64,000 bases of DNA from an uncultured delta proteobacterium (lineage in GTDB: Bacteria; Desulfobacterota; Desulfuromonadia; Geobacterales; DSM-12255): the NCBI GenBank assembly GCA_963787125.1, contig CAWBBV010000016.1:1-64000 (forward strand), in the 5' to 3' direction. Shown piece by piece: positions 36,583 through 47,020 of this stretch. The first letter of the stretch is position 1, and each line of letters begins with the position of its first letter. A program made the translations under genes and the position numbers. Below the pieces are notes generated by a model. It was not told where the DNA came from. It searched no databases and saw nothing but the letters and a program-made list of their open reading frames with translations.

Positions 36583-36999
36583 TTAATTGGTTACCAACCA
36601 AAAAAGCCCAACAATGTTAGTTGCGATTATTATTATTATTATTTGCCAACCATAAACCCCTGTTTTAAGAGTTGAAATTCTAGGGCATGACTTCGAGTAA
36701 ATTATATCTAAAGGCTCTTTCTTTAATTTCTTATAAAGAGCATCATGTTCAAGTTCATCAATTGTATTATAAATTGGATTCATAAAACTTATCCTGGTTC
36801 CAATGTGTTTATCACTATCCACCGTGTACTCATATTTGATATTAACTGAGACAAAACGTGCCTTTTGCACTTTCAATTCAATTATATTCCCTGTAGCATG
36901 AGGCCAATTTTTTGAAGTTAAGCCTAAATATACAACTAATAATAAATAACTAGTCGAGCAAATCATAATAAGCATAAGCAGCACTGAAAATGCATCCAT
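36583..36999 (-). CDS. Small AT-rich membrane protein (DUF3592-like); putative immunity partner of copy B
   Basis: TM helix, SKNWPHATGNI...IKYEYTVD beta domain, then a C-terminal TM. ATG at 36999 after GAGGTG. Confidence 0.7.
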   Translation of the reverse strand: MDAFSVLLMLIMICSTSYLLLVVYLGLTSKNWPHATGNIIELKVQKARFVSVNIKYEYTVDSDKHIGTRISFMNPIYNTIDELEHDALYKKLKKEPLDIIYSKSCPRISTLKTGVYGWQIIIIIIATNIVGLFWLVTN

Positions 37000-39128
37000 T
37001 TTGCACCTCACACAAAAGTCTAATTTAAAATTTAGATCATAATTTATGGCGAGTATTTATATAGAGTTATCTATAATCATACTATTTGTCTTTTTATTCC
37101 AAACCTATTAATTGCATAGAGCGCTACACGCAAATCGAGATAAGCAGCTAATGCAATCATAATGTATAAAGCTATTGCTCCTGCTGGTGCTAATATCAAA
37201 GCCGAGCTAAGAGTCACTTGTATTACGAAATTCGCAAAAATGGCACTCCAATTATGATCAATCGACAAACCTTCAGCTCCATCGACAATTCCTGATCCTA
37301 TTAGACTTATAGCTGTTGCAAGAAAAGTAGTTATTGCAACTCCACCAATTTCACCGATCATCAACAATAAACCTATTTCTGGCCCAAAAGTTAAAACTAG
37401 CATGAATAATACAGACCACATCGCAATTATTAAGTATCCACCATTCGACCCCCCACTAATCATGTACCCACCAGCCCCGGTATCCGGGTTAGTGATAATA
37501 TAACCACACCCAATCCAGCCATTGAAGTTGATGTTGGTCTTGGAAACAGTAACAACCTTCCCTGCGTTGACGGCGTTTAGAATATCGTCCTTCACCTGCT
37601 GATCGACCTCCAACTGCCACATTACAGTTCCGATGTTCGCCTGATTAACCGTGTAGATCGGTATCCCCTGGTCATTAGCAATTTTTAGCGCCTTGACCGT
37701 GCTGATCCCTTCGGCTTTGTTGTCCGGTGTGGAGAAGAGCTGTTCCGGGACGCTGTGCTCCAGCGCCGAGGAAGTCATGCCGCTGGAGAGCATATACTGC
37801 TTGGCGGTCTCGCTGTTGCCGTCTTTTGCCTTTACTACCTGCATCAGATAATCAGCATCCATGTTGAGTCCGCCGGAACTGATATAGCGCGGTATTCCCC
37901 AGAGACACATTACCTTGAGCTTGGTGGCGAAGATGGTTTCTGACGGTACGGTGATGGCGTTGACGTTCATGGTTTTTGCCGTGATGTAGTTCATGGTGCC
38001 GAGTTCTGCATGATAGGCCATGGCGGTGGTGTAGAGGAGGTCACCGATCAGATCATCTTTGGTCATGCCGGCGAAGTCGTTGTTCTGCAGTTTTGCTTTG
38101 GTAGCTTCCAGTTTTGCTTTGAGCCCGGTTAACTGCTCGGCGCTGATTCGCCCTAGATTGAGGCCGATGGCCTGATAGACCCCGGCGTCAATGTAGTTGG
38201 TGATCTGGCTTGAGCCGTAGGCAGGGTCGCTGAAGGTCATGGTGGAGATGTTGGTGCCGCCCAGACCTACCGGTGCTCCGGTGGCTACTACCTGCCCGTC
38301 AATTCTGAGTTCGGGTTTGACGTTGATGAGGTATGCCGGGAGCTGGCTGGGCAGTTCGCTTGGCTGTATGGGGGTGCCGTCGGCATGCGGGCTTGGCAGA
38401 TAGGCGTTGATGATAGCTTCGTCCTGAGGGGTGGCCGGGGAGTAGCTTAAGGTTATCTTCTTGCCTGCCAGTTCTGCGAGGCTTTTGGTTATGCTCAGTG
38501 TGTTGTCCACCGGTGACGGTGCATCAGGATCGACGAAGGTGTTTGAGGCTTCGTTCTCTACCCTGAAGGAGAGCTTGTGCCGCAAGCTGTCGGGGATGGT
38601 GGTGAATGTTGCCCCCTTGACAGCGGTGCGGTACGGCAATGTGCCGAGAAGATGGCGGTACTCTTTTTTGATGATCTCTTTCTTGCCAAGAACATCGCCG
38701 ACAGTGGCATTGGCGTGGTTCTGCTGGATATAGCTCTGTACCCGTGCCTGGTAGTCCTGCATGGTCTGCTGGGTGAGGATGGAGTTGATGCCGGTGACGT
38801 ACCCTTGTGTTTCATCAATAGTGGCGCTGGCCTTGATCTGATCAAGGAACCCCTGGGCGTCGAAGGGGACTGCTGTCTTGATGTCGATTCCCTGGGTAAA
38901 GTTGTACTGCTTGTAGCTCGGATCAAGAGGTATCCAGGTGTCACCCTTGCCGTTTACATGCTTTGCTCCACGGGAGGGGATGTAGTTGATGAAGGCTTCG
39001 ACCGAGACATGCTCAAAGCGGGCAGCAACGATCTTGCCTCCGGCAACCAGACCTTTGGTGTGAAGTGGTTGCGCTTTATGAGACATGTGTGTAAGCAATG
39101 AACCTCCCTATTTCAAAAGGAGAGTTCA

Positions 39129-39437
39129 ATGCAACAACATCGTACACGTCACAGCGCAGCTTTTAAGGCCAAGGTCGCTTTGGCCGCCTTATCAGAGTCA
39201 AAGACTCTGGCAGAGCTTGCAACCGAGTACCAGGTTCACCCGACCCAGATCACCCGTTGGAAGCAGGATCTGATTGCAAATGCTTCTGACCTTTTTGGCA
39301 AGGGCAAAAAGAAAGAAGTCAACCATGAGGGCGAAGTGGCCGAGCTTCACCGCCTGATCGGCAAGCTCAAGGTTGAGAATGATTTTTTGTCACATCTGCC
39401 CGGGCTGAACTTGGCCGGGCGCAGAAACAACAAGTGA
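39129..39437 (+). CDS. IS3 OrfA (HTH)
   Basis: HSAAFKAKVAL...ELATEYQVHPTQITRWK. Confidence 0.9.
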   Translation: MQQHRTRHSAAFKAKVALAALSESKTLAELATEYQVHPTQITRWKQDLIANASDLFGKGKKKEVNHEGEVAELHRLIGKLKVENDFLSHLPGLNLAGRRNNK

Positions 39438-40270
39438 TCGCCACCGGTCATCCTGAAGTTTCTGTTGAACGCCGCTGCCAGCTTCTGGGTCTGCCTCGTT
39501 CCAGCTATTACCGTGGCCCTGCTTCCGGTCTTCGTTCCGGTGACCTGGAAATGATGCAGCGGATCGACAAACTCTACATGGAGCAGCCCTGGATGGGGAG
39601 CCGCTCACTGGCCAACCACCTCACGACACCTGAAGCACCCTTGGGACGAGATCGTGCCCGTCGCTTGATGCTCATCATGGGTATTGAATCCCTGGCTCCT
39701 CAGCCGGGCACCAGCAAGCGGCAACCGAAGCATCCGGTCTATCCCTATCTGCTGCGGGGAATGACCATTGACAAGCCCAATCAGGTCTGGGCGACTGATA
39801 TCACCTACATCCCCATGGCACGGGGATTCATGTACCTGATAGCGATCATGGACTGGGCCACCAGAAAGGTTCTGTCCTGGCGTCTGTCCAATACGCTGGA
39901 TACCCGATTCTGCGTCGAGGCGCTCAAAGAAGCTCTGTTCAAATACGGTGCCCCGGAGATCTTCAACACCGACCAGGGCTGCCAGTTTACCAGCGAAGCA
40001 TTCACGTCAGTGCTCAAAACCTGGAACATCAAAATCAGCATGGACGGCAAAGGTCGTTTCAGGGACAACATCTTCGTCGAACGGCTCTGGCGCACGCTGA
40101 AGTATGAGAGAATCTACCTGAACGTTTATGAAACGGGAACCGAACTTTCCAAAGACATGACATACTGGTTCAACTGGTACAACGTAACCAGAAAACATAC
40201 ATCTCTTGACAAACTGACACCGGATGAGGCTTATTTCCAAGGACTTGAAAAACTGAAACTGGCAGCCTGA
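39434..40270 (+). CDS. IS3 OrfB (DDE integrase core)
   Basis: WATDITY, NTDQGCQF and DNIFVERLWRTLKYE. Confidence 0.92.
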   Translation: MIATGHPEVSVERRCQLLGLPRSSYYRGPASGLRSGDLEMMQRIDKLYMEQPWMGSRSLANHLTTPEAPLGRDRARRLMLIMGIESLAPQPGTSKRQPKHPVYPYLLRGMTIDKPNQVWATDITYIPMARGFMYLIAIMDWATRKVLSWRLSNTLDTRFCVEALKEALFKYGAPEIFNTDQGCQFTSEAFTSVLKTWNIKISMDGKGRFRDNIFVERLWRTLKYERIYLNVYETGTELSKDMTYWFNWYNVTRKHTSLDKLTPDEAYFQGLEKLKLAA

Positions 40271-41459
40271 AGCCAGAAAACCACAACAACCAAGGGACAT
40301 TGCTTATTTCACCCTTCAGGCTGTCTCACTAAGCCCGGCCACCTCAGTGGGAATGCCACCGCTGGACATGAAATCGAGGGCGGACAGTGGGTCGGTGAAG
40401 CCTCCGGCCAAGTTCATGACTTTATCAATGGGGAGTTCTACTGTGCCGGTAACATAGCGGGCATTGATCCCGGCAGCTCTGAGCAGGGCAATGAGGAGGG
40501 AACTTGTGTCAAATGAGTTCCCCTGTCTGGTCAAGAGCGTCATCTGCGCCCCCTGGATGGAGCCCCAGGTGGGGACAAACTCGACGTTGTTACGCACCCA
40601 CTCGTAGATCTTTACCGGATTGTTCCCCAGCTCCAGAGCTTTGGCCTTTATTTCGGGGGTGAGCTGTACTTCTATGTTTTCTACGAGATCATCGGCAGCC
40701 AGTAGGCCGGCAACTGAGCCGTTGGCGGCAACCATGATCCGCTTGGCGCTCTTCCAGGCATGTTTGTCTTTTTTGAAATCCTTGTCGAAGTCTTCTTTCT
40801 TCAGCCGCGGTTCGCGTTTTTGAGCTTTGGGCTGGCGGTGAGGGAGGTTGTTCGGGTCGAGCTTATGATGGCGGGAGGGGGCCTTGACCTTTGCCAGGTG
40901 CTGACGGGTCTTTTCAAACTCAGCCTCTACATCGGTTTTGCTTTTCGCTTTCTCAACACGATCAATGTTCCCCTTCAGCTCGGCAAGGTTGTCGTCGTAG
41001 TGTTTGACGAACTTTTGGTGACGGGTCAGGATCTCTGGCGGCAGTTTGGCGTTCTTGAGCTTCTTTTCGGTGGCAGCAAACTCGCTGCGGATGTCGGCGT
41101 CAAGGGTGTCTAGCTCAATTTTGGCCGCTAGCAGCTTGTCCCGTTTGGCTCCATGAGCCAGTTTTGAATCGGCCAGTGTCTCCCGCAACTCCTCAGTGAG
41201 TTTGGCCAGCTTCTCTTCCGCTCCTTCGGCCTTTTGCGCCGGAACTGCGGTCTTGGCCTTTTTCGCACCATCAACCGCTGCATGGGCAGCGCTGAAAACT
41301 CCGCCGGATGTCCAGGTGAAGATGAAGAGAACCAGTGTGGCAGTTATTTTTGTGAAGCTATGGGGCATTTTTATCCCATCTGCCATCTGAATTTATCTGC
41401 TAAGGTAATGTAAAGTCAAGTTGATGCTATTTCTGTAAAAACAAATTATTTATCAGCAG

Positions 41460-42050
41460 TTAGGATATTTCTTTGTATAGTACACCATGCCTATTTAATA
41501 CATCTCTTATCGATTGAACGTCAGCTTCATTTAAATGATGTCCTGTAATAGCGAATACTGAAATTCCATAGTTATTTACACATCTGGGTATTATTCCTTT
41601 TGTCCGAATGTATAAATAGAATTTTTTTCTTTCATCGCTACCAATTTTCAATAATGATTGGAGCTCATATATGGAATAAAATTCAATATCAGCCCATTTC
41701 TCAGCTATTAATCTGTATATTGGTACTCTAGCGAGAAATTTATTTGGATATAGGGCAATTCCATTGTTTGTGATTATAAGCTTCATATTTCTTGAATAAT
41801 TAATATAATATGCTGGCAGCATAACAATAAGTAATATTAACAGTTCAATAACAACCAAACTGATTATACTAAATCTGATTATCAATAAATGTGAATATAA
41901 AGCATCATAAGTAAATACTAGCAAAACAATAACATTTAGTAAGACTTCTTTGTATGTTATGTATTTGCTTGCCTTTGGTTTATAAATTGAATCAAATTTA
42001 CAACATATATCTGCACTTACAATATATTCGTATTTATTTTGTGTTTTCAT
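41460..42050 (-). CDS. AT-rich membrane protein; putative immunity partner of copy A
   Basis: 196 aa, two hydrophobic helices, then a soluble domain (LIITNNGIALY...WADIEFY). Starts 7 nt after the copy A stop. Confidence 0.7.
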   Translation of the reverse strand: MKTQNKYEYIVSADICCKFDSIYKPKASKYITYKEVLLNVIVLLVFTYDALYSHLLIIRFSIISLVVIELLILLIVMLPAYYINYSRNMKLIITNNGIALYPNKFLARVPIYRLIAEKWADIEFYSIYELQSLLKIGSDERKKFYLYIRTKGIIPRCVNNYGISVFAITGHHLNEADVQSIRDVLNRHGVLYKEIS

Positions 42051-42057
42051 AATTATC

Positions 42058-45000
42058 CTATAAAAAGAAATATGCTATTAAATCAACAAAATATGCACAA
42101 TAAGCAACAAGGTATTGCACAAGCTGTATTTCAACTGATTGCGGTACTCCTCCACTAAAAGGACTAGGCATGCCTCTTAGTAAAAATCCTAACGCTATCT
42201 GACCTATAATATCCATAATTGCCCCAGATCCTGTAATAATAGTCAAATCAGTCAGGCCATAACTTCTTCCAAATACTGTTTGTATAGTATTTGCAATTAC
42301 CACTTGAATAACTGTCGTCAATATAGGAACCATAACTATTCCAAGAGGCGTTGTGAATGTCAAACCAAGTGCAATTGATAATAGCAATATCGAAAAGTAT
42401 GATACCCACATTGCAGATGCGTATGGAAATAATAAATCTCCTCCATTCGACCCCCCACTGATCATATACCCACCAGCCCCGGTCTCCGGGTTAGTGATAA
42501 TATACCCACACCCAATCCAGCCATTGAAGTTGATGTTGGTCTTGGAGACGGTAACAACCTTTCCGGCATTGACTGCATTAGCGATGTCGTCTTTTGTCTG
42601 CTGGTCTAGCTGTAGTTCCCAATATAATGTTCCAAAGTTTTCTTTATTGACCGTGTAGATCGGTATCCCCTGGTCGTTGGCAATCTTGAGCGCCTTGACG
42701 GTGCTAATGGCCTGTGCCGGTGCGTCGGGAGTGGAGAAGAGCTGCTCCGGAACGCTGTGCTCCAGCGCTGATGAGGTCATGCCGCTGGAGAGCATGTACT
42801 GCCTGGCTGTCTCGCTGTTGCCGTCTTTTGCCTTTACCACTTGCATCAGATAATCAGCATCCATGTTGAGTCCGCCGGAAGCGATATAGCGCGGTATTCC
42901 CCAGAGACACATTACTTTGAGCTTGGTGGCAAAGATGGTTTCTGACGGTACGGTGATGGCGTTGACGTTCATGGTTTTTGCCGTGATGTAGTTCATGGTG
43001 CCGAGTTCTGCATGATAGGCCATGGCGGTGGTGTAGAGGAGGTCACCTATCAGATCATCTTTGGTCATGCCGGCAAAGTCGTTGTTCTGCAGTTTTGCTT
43101 TGGTAGCTTCCAGTTTTGCTTTGAGCCCGGTTAACTGCTCGGCGCTGATTCGTCCCAGGTTGAGGCCGATGGCCTGGTACACTCCGGCGTCAATGTAGTT
43201 GGTGATCTGGCTTGAGCCGTAAGCCGGGTCAGAGAAGGTCATGGTGGAGATGTTGGTGCCGCCCAGGCCTACCTGTGCTCCGGTGGCTACTACCTGGCCA
43301 TCAATTCTGAGTTCCGGCTTTACGTTGATGAGGTAGGCCGGGAGCTGGCTGGGGAGTTCGCTTGGTTGTATGGGGGTGCCGTCGGCATGCGGGCTTGGCA
43401 GATAGGCGTTGATGATAGCTTCGTCCTGAGGGGTGGCCGGGGAGTAGCTTAAGGTTATCTTCTTGCCTGCCAGTTCTGCGAGGCTTTTGGTTATGCTCAG
43501 TGTGTTGTCCACCGGTGACGGTGCATCAGGATCGACGAAGGTGTTTGAGGCTTCGTTCTCTACCCTGAAGGAGAGCTTGTGCCGCAAGCTGTCGGGGATG
43601 GTGGTGAATGTTGCCCCCTTGACAGCGGTGCGGTACGGCAATGTGCCGAGAAGATGGCGGTACTCTTTTTTGATGATCTCTTTCTTGCCAAGAACATCGC
43701 CGACAGTGGCATTGGCGTGGTTCTGCTGGATGTAGCTCTGCACCCGTGCCTGATAGTCCTGCATGGTCTGCTGGGTGAGGATGGAGTTGATGCCGGTGAC
43801 GTACCCTTGTGTTTCATCAATAGTGGCGCTGGCCTTGATCTGATCAAGGAACCCCTGGGCGTCGAAGGGGACTGCTGTCTTGATGTCGATTCCCTGGGTA
43901 AAGTTGTACTGCTTGTAGCTCGGATCAAGAGGTATCCAGGTGTCACCCTTGCCGTTTACATGCTTTGCTCCACGGGAGGGGATGTAGTTGATGAAGGCTT
44001 CGACCGAGACATGCTCAAAGCGGGCAGCAACGATCTTGCCTCCGGCAACCAGACCTTTGGTGGGAATGCCGCCACTGGACATGAAGTCGAGGGCGGACAA
44101 TGGGTCGGTGAAGCCTCCGGTCCAGTTCATGATTTTGTCAATGGGGAGTTCTACTGTGCCGGTGACATAACGGGCATTGATCCCGGCAGCCCTAAGCAGG
44201 GCAATGAGGAGGGAACTTGTATCAAAGGAGTTGCCCTGCCTGGTCAGGAGCGTCATCTGCGCCCCCTGGATGGAACCCCAGGTGGGGACGAATTCGATGT
44301 TATTCCTCACCCACTCGTAAATCTTGACCGGATTATTCCCCAGCTCCAGTGCCTTGGCCCTGATCTCCGGGGTGAGCTGTACTTCTATGGTTTCGGCCAG
44401 ATCATCGGCAGGAAGCAGTCCGGCAACTGAGCCATTTGCAGCGACCATGATCCGCTTGGCGCTCTTCCAGGCATGCTTGTTCTTCTTGAGATCCTTGTCG
44501 AACTCTTCTTTCTTGAGCCGTGGTTCGCGCTTTAGGGCTTTGGGCTGCCGATGGGGAAGATTGTTCGGATCCAGTTTATTGTGATGGGACGGAGCTTTGA
44601 CCTTTGCCAGGTGCTGGCGAGTCTTCTCAATCTCAGTCTCGACTTCATCCTTGCCTTTCGCTTTCTCAACACGGTCAATGTTCCCCTTCAGCTCGGCAAG
44701 GTTGTCGTCGTAGTGTTTGACGAACTTCTGGTGACGGGTCAGGATCTCAGACGGGAGTTTGGCGTTCTTGAGCTTCTTCTCGGTTTCAGCAAACTGCTTG
44801 CGGATGTCGGCGTCAAGGGTGTCCAGCTCACCCTTGCGGGACGTCAGCCGCTGTTTCTTGTGCTCATGACTCGTTTTCGAGTCGAGAAGTTCTGTTGTCA
44901 GTTCCTCAGTCAGCTTCGCAAACCGTTCCTCAGCCCCTTCGCTCTTCTTTGCCGGAGCCTCGGTCTTGGCCTTCTTCACGGCAGTTGTTGCTGCATGAGC

Positions 45001-45081
45001 AACGCTGAACACCCCCCCTGAGGTCCAGGTGAAGAAAGACAATACAACTGCGGCGATTATCCTTGAGTGTTTGCGAAACAT
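42058..45081 (-). CDS. Secreted transglutaminase-fold protein with variable hydrophobic C-terminus, copy A (intact, 1007 aa)
   Basis: ATG at 45081 after GGAGG, signal peptide, the same core motifs as copies B and C, and a unique tail after GAGGYMISGGSNGG. Confidence 0.88.
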   Translation of the reverse strand: MFRKHSRIIAAVVLSFFTWTSGGVFSVAHAATTAVKKAKTEAPAKKSEGAEERFAKLTEELTTELLDSKTSHEHKKQRLTSRKGELDTLDADIRKQFAETEKKLKNAKLPSEILTRHQKFVKHYDDNLAELKGNIDRVEKAKGKDEVETEIEKTRQHLAKVKAPSHHNKLDPNNLPHRQPKALKREPRLKKEEFDKDLKKNKHAWKSAKRIMVAANGSVAGLLPADDLAETIEVQLTPEIRAKALELGNNPVKIYEWVRNNIEFVPTWGSIQGAQMTLLTRQGNSFDTSSLLIALLRAAGINARYVTGTVELPIDKIMNWTGGFTDPLSALDFMSSGGIPTKGLVAGGKIVAARFEHVSVEAFINYIPSRGAKHVNGKGDTWIPLDPSYKQYNFTQGIDIKTAVPFDAQGFLDQIKASATIDETQGYVTGINSILTQQTMQDYQARVQSYIQQNHANATVGDVLGKKEIIKKEYRHLLGTLPYRTAVKGATFTTIPDSLRHKLSFRVENEASNTFVDPDAPSPVDNTLSITKSLAELAGKKITLSYSPATPQDEAIINAYLPSPHADGTPIQPSELPSQLPAYLINVKPELRIDGQVVATGAQVGLGGTNISTMTFSDPAYGSSQITNYIDAGVYQAIGLNLGRISAEQLTGLKAKLEATKAKLQNNDFAGMTKDDLIGDLLYTTAMAYHAELGTMNYITAKTMNVNAITVPSETIFATKLKVMCLWGIPRYIASGGLNMDADYLMQVVKAKDGNSETARQYMLSSGMTSSALEHSVPEQLFSTPDAPAQAISTVKALKIANDQGIPIYTVNKENFGTLYWELQLDQQTKDDIANAVNAGKVVTVSKTNINFNGWIGCGYIITNPETGAGGYMISGGSNGGDLLFPYASAMWVSYFSILLLSIALGLTFTTPLGIVMVPILTTVIQVVIANTIQTVFGRSYGLTDLTIITGSGAIMDIIGQIALGFLLRGMPSPFSGGVPQSVEIQLVQYLVAYCAYFVDLIAYFFL

Positions 45082-45145
45082 TCTGTTCCTCCATGAAATC
45101 AAAATTCAGTTTTACCGCCATTACAACCCCCTATATTGTAGACAC

Positions 45146-45296
45146 AAAAAAACCGCTCCATCAGCCTAAAGCTGACCCGAGCGGTTCTTGATCACAATAT
45201 ATACGGACTCCACAAAGTGGCGCAAATTCACCCCTGCAAATATAAACATAATGCAATGAAGGCATGTTCAATACACTGTTCTAATATTTGTGTCAA
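45146..45296 (-). promoter_or_regulatory. Putative sigma70 promoter and leader ending in a terminator-like hairpin upstream of the cargo operon
   Basis: TTGACA-N17-TATTGA (45296-45268), then AACCGCTC-GGGTCAGCTTTAGGCTGATG-GAGCGGTTTTTTT (45186-45146). Confidence 0.5.
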
Positions 45297-45367
45297 TAAA
45301 AACAGACAAAAATACGTTTAGAACCCAGACAGCTAACGAGAATCCGGGCCGGGATTGCATATTCAGA

Positions 45368-47020
45368 TTACTTCGACATCCTTTCCTTTAATCTCCTGAC
45401 CCACATCTCGACATAATCCATATCCCCTGCCCGCTCGGTCATCCGTAGCAGTTTCGGCAGACGCTTGACCGCTACCCATTTCGGAAGCGTGCGTTCGGCC
45501 TCCTTGTCCCAACTGCCATAGCGGTCAACCATGGTATCGAGCAATTGTTTGATATGCTGGTCCATTTCGTCAAGCTGGCAGAAGAGGTCATAGCGAAGCA
45601 TCAGCCCAGACAGATCGCCTGCCAGCTCGCTGTGGTCGATATCAAGCACCACGAAAGGTGGCCTGACAGGCGAGGTGAACACCGCCACTAAGCAAATGCG
45701 GCGGCCCTGTGGAGTCCGCGAAACAGACTGTCCCGGCTTGAGGAAAACCAGCGATACTGTCAGGGTCAGGTCAGGCTGGGACTGCTCGATCAGTTTCAAG
45801 GTTTCGATCAATAAGCCAAGATCTCCGATGGCCTCAAAACTTGCTGGTTCGAGCGTCAACACCTCCAGCGGGGACAACCCTCCGGTGACGGATTCCTCCC
45901 CCAAACTGACTGTTTTAGAGACGATTTTGACTGGCAGTGCCGGATCAACCGGCCGTCCGGTGTCAGAGCGGGATTTGCGCGGCACCGGTTCCTGATCTCC
46001 GGTTTCCTTAACGGTCTGTCTTGCGCGGGGGGGAGAGAGAATTCTGACGACCCTGGCAGGGGAAGTGAACATACCTCGCTTACCGCCCAGCAGGATCATA
46101 TCTTGGTTTATGTCCTTTTGACTATCGGCTTCCTCATCGACTTCATGCTCACGGACATGTACGGGACGGGCTGGACGGAGTAAGTCATCTTCCTCGTTCT
46201 TGGCGACGGTTGTTCTCTCCGGCCCTGTGTTTTTCTCGCAGACCGAAGGATGTGTCCAGTTAATTACCGGGGCTGGCAGGGCACGACCGGATAGTGCGTT
46301 AATCTCCAGAACAAGCCAAGTCTGAGCCTTTGCCACACCGCGGAACTCAATCCTGCAATTTTTCAGGGGCGGTGGTTCCAAGATCAAGGTCCGTTGTCCC
46401 GAACTCAAACGCCGGACGCTGTCCCAGGCAGCTCGCCCTTCCGGATGGACCGCCGCCCAGGCGAACTCCTGAACGAACTCAGGGCGCATCAAGGCGCGGG
46501 GCGTGTTTTGATGGAATTCGATTAGAATTTCGGGATAAAAGTCAGGAACGGGAGTAAGTGCGAGATTCATCAGCCCCATCGGCTCAAGCAGGGCCTTGGC
46601 CATTACTTTGCTGTGCAGGAAAAGGAATCGAACCAGTTCCATCGCCGGGATCAGGATGGTCCAACCACGGGAGTGATAACGCAAGACACTATGGTCACCA
46701 CCGAAATGCCCCCCCAGATCATAATGATCACGGGTGAAGGCCTTGATGGCCGGGATGACCTCCATTTGCGACAGATCCGGAATCACTGCCCAGCCGCTCT
46801 TCCCTCCCTTGCGAGAGGTCAGCACCTCTCCACTGGATATCACCAGGCCCGGCATCAGAAAAGGCAGTGTCCCATAGGGTAGCCGCCAAAAAAAAGTACT
46901 GCCGTTTTTCTGGCGGAAAAACGTATCAACACAAAGTTTGCCATCAGTTGTTTTTCCGACTCCCTTCAACCACCGCAGTTCAAGGTCGTCGGTATAATTG
47001 GCCAGCGAGGAAATCTTCAT
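45368..47020 (-). CDS. tnsE: TnsE-like target-selection protein
   Basis: 550 aa, fifth gene of the tns operon, with an ATGA overlap with tnsD. IPAMELVRFLF and the C-terminal RRICLVAV...VLDID...LSGL resemble TnsE. Confidence 0.7.
   Translation of the reverse strand: MKISSLANYTDDLELRWLKGVGKTTDGKLCVDTFFRQKNGSTFFWRLPYGTLPFLMPGLVISSGEVLTSRKGGKSGWAVIPDLSQMEVIPAIKAFTRDHYDLGGHFGGDHSVLRYHSRGWTILIPAMELVRFLFLHSKVMAKALLEPMGLMNLALTPVPDFYPEILIEFHQNTPRALMRPEFVQEFAWAAVHPEGRAAWDSVRRLSSGQRTLILEPPPLKNCRIEFRGVAKAQTWLVLEINALSGRALPAPVINWTHPSVCEKNTGPERTTVAKNEEDDLLRPARPVHVREHEVDEEADSQKDINQDMILLGGKRGMFTSPARVVRILSPPRARQTVKETGDQEPVPRKSRSDTGRPVDPALPVKIVSKTVSLGEESVTGGLSPLEVLTLEPASFEAIGDLGLLIETLKLIEQSQPDLTLTVSLVFLKPGQSVSRTPQGRRICLVAVFTSPVRPPFVVLDIDHSELAGDLSGLMLRYDLFCQLDEMDQHIKQLLDTMVDRYGSWDKEAERTLPKWVAVKRLPKLLRMTERAGDMDYVEMWVRRLKERMSK

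Larger units (their letters stand above)
39061..40346 (+). mobile_element. IS3-family insertion sequence (1286 bp)
   Basis: IRs TGAAGTGGTTGCGCTTTATGAGACA / (rc) TGAGGTGGCCGGGCTTAGTGAGACA. 3-bp TSD GTG. Confidence 0.93.
37077..41386 (-). pseudogene. Transglutaminase-fold protein copy B, interrupted by an IS3 element
   Basis: The 5' part ends ...SSGGIPT and the 3' part resumes KGLVAGG.... Removing the IS and one TSD leaves 3021 nt in frame. Confidence 0.92.
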
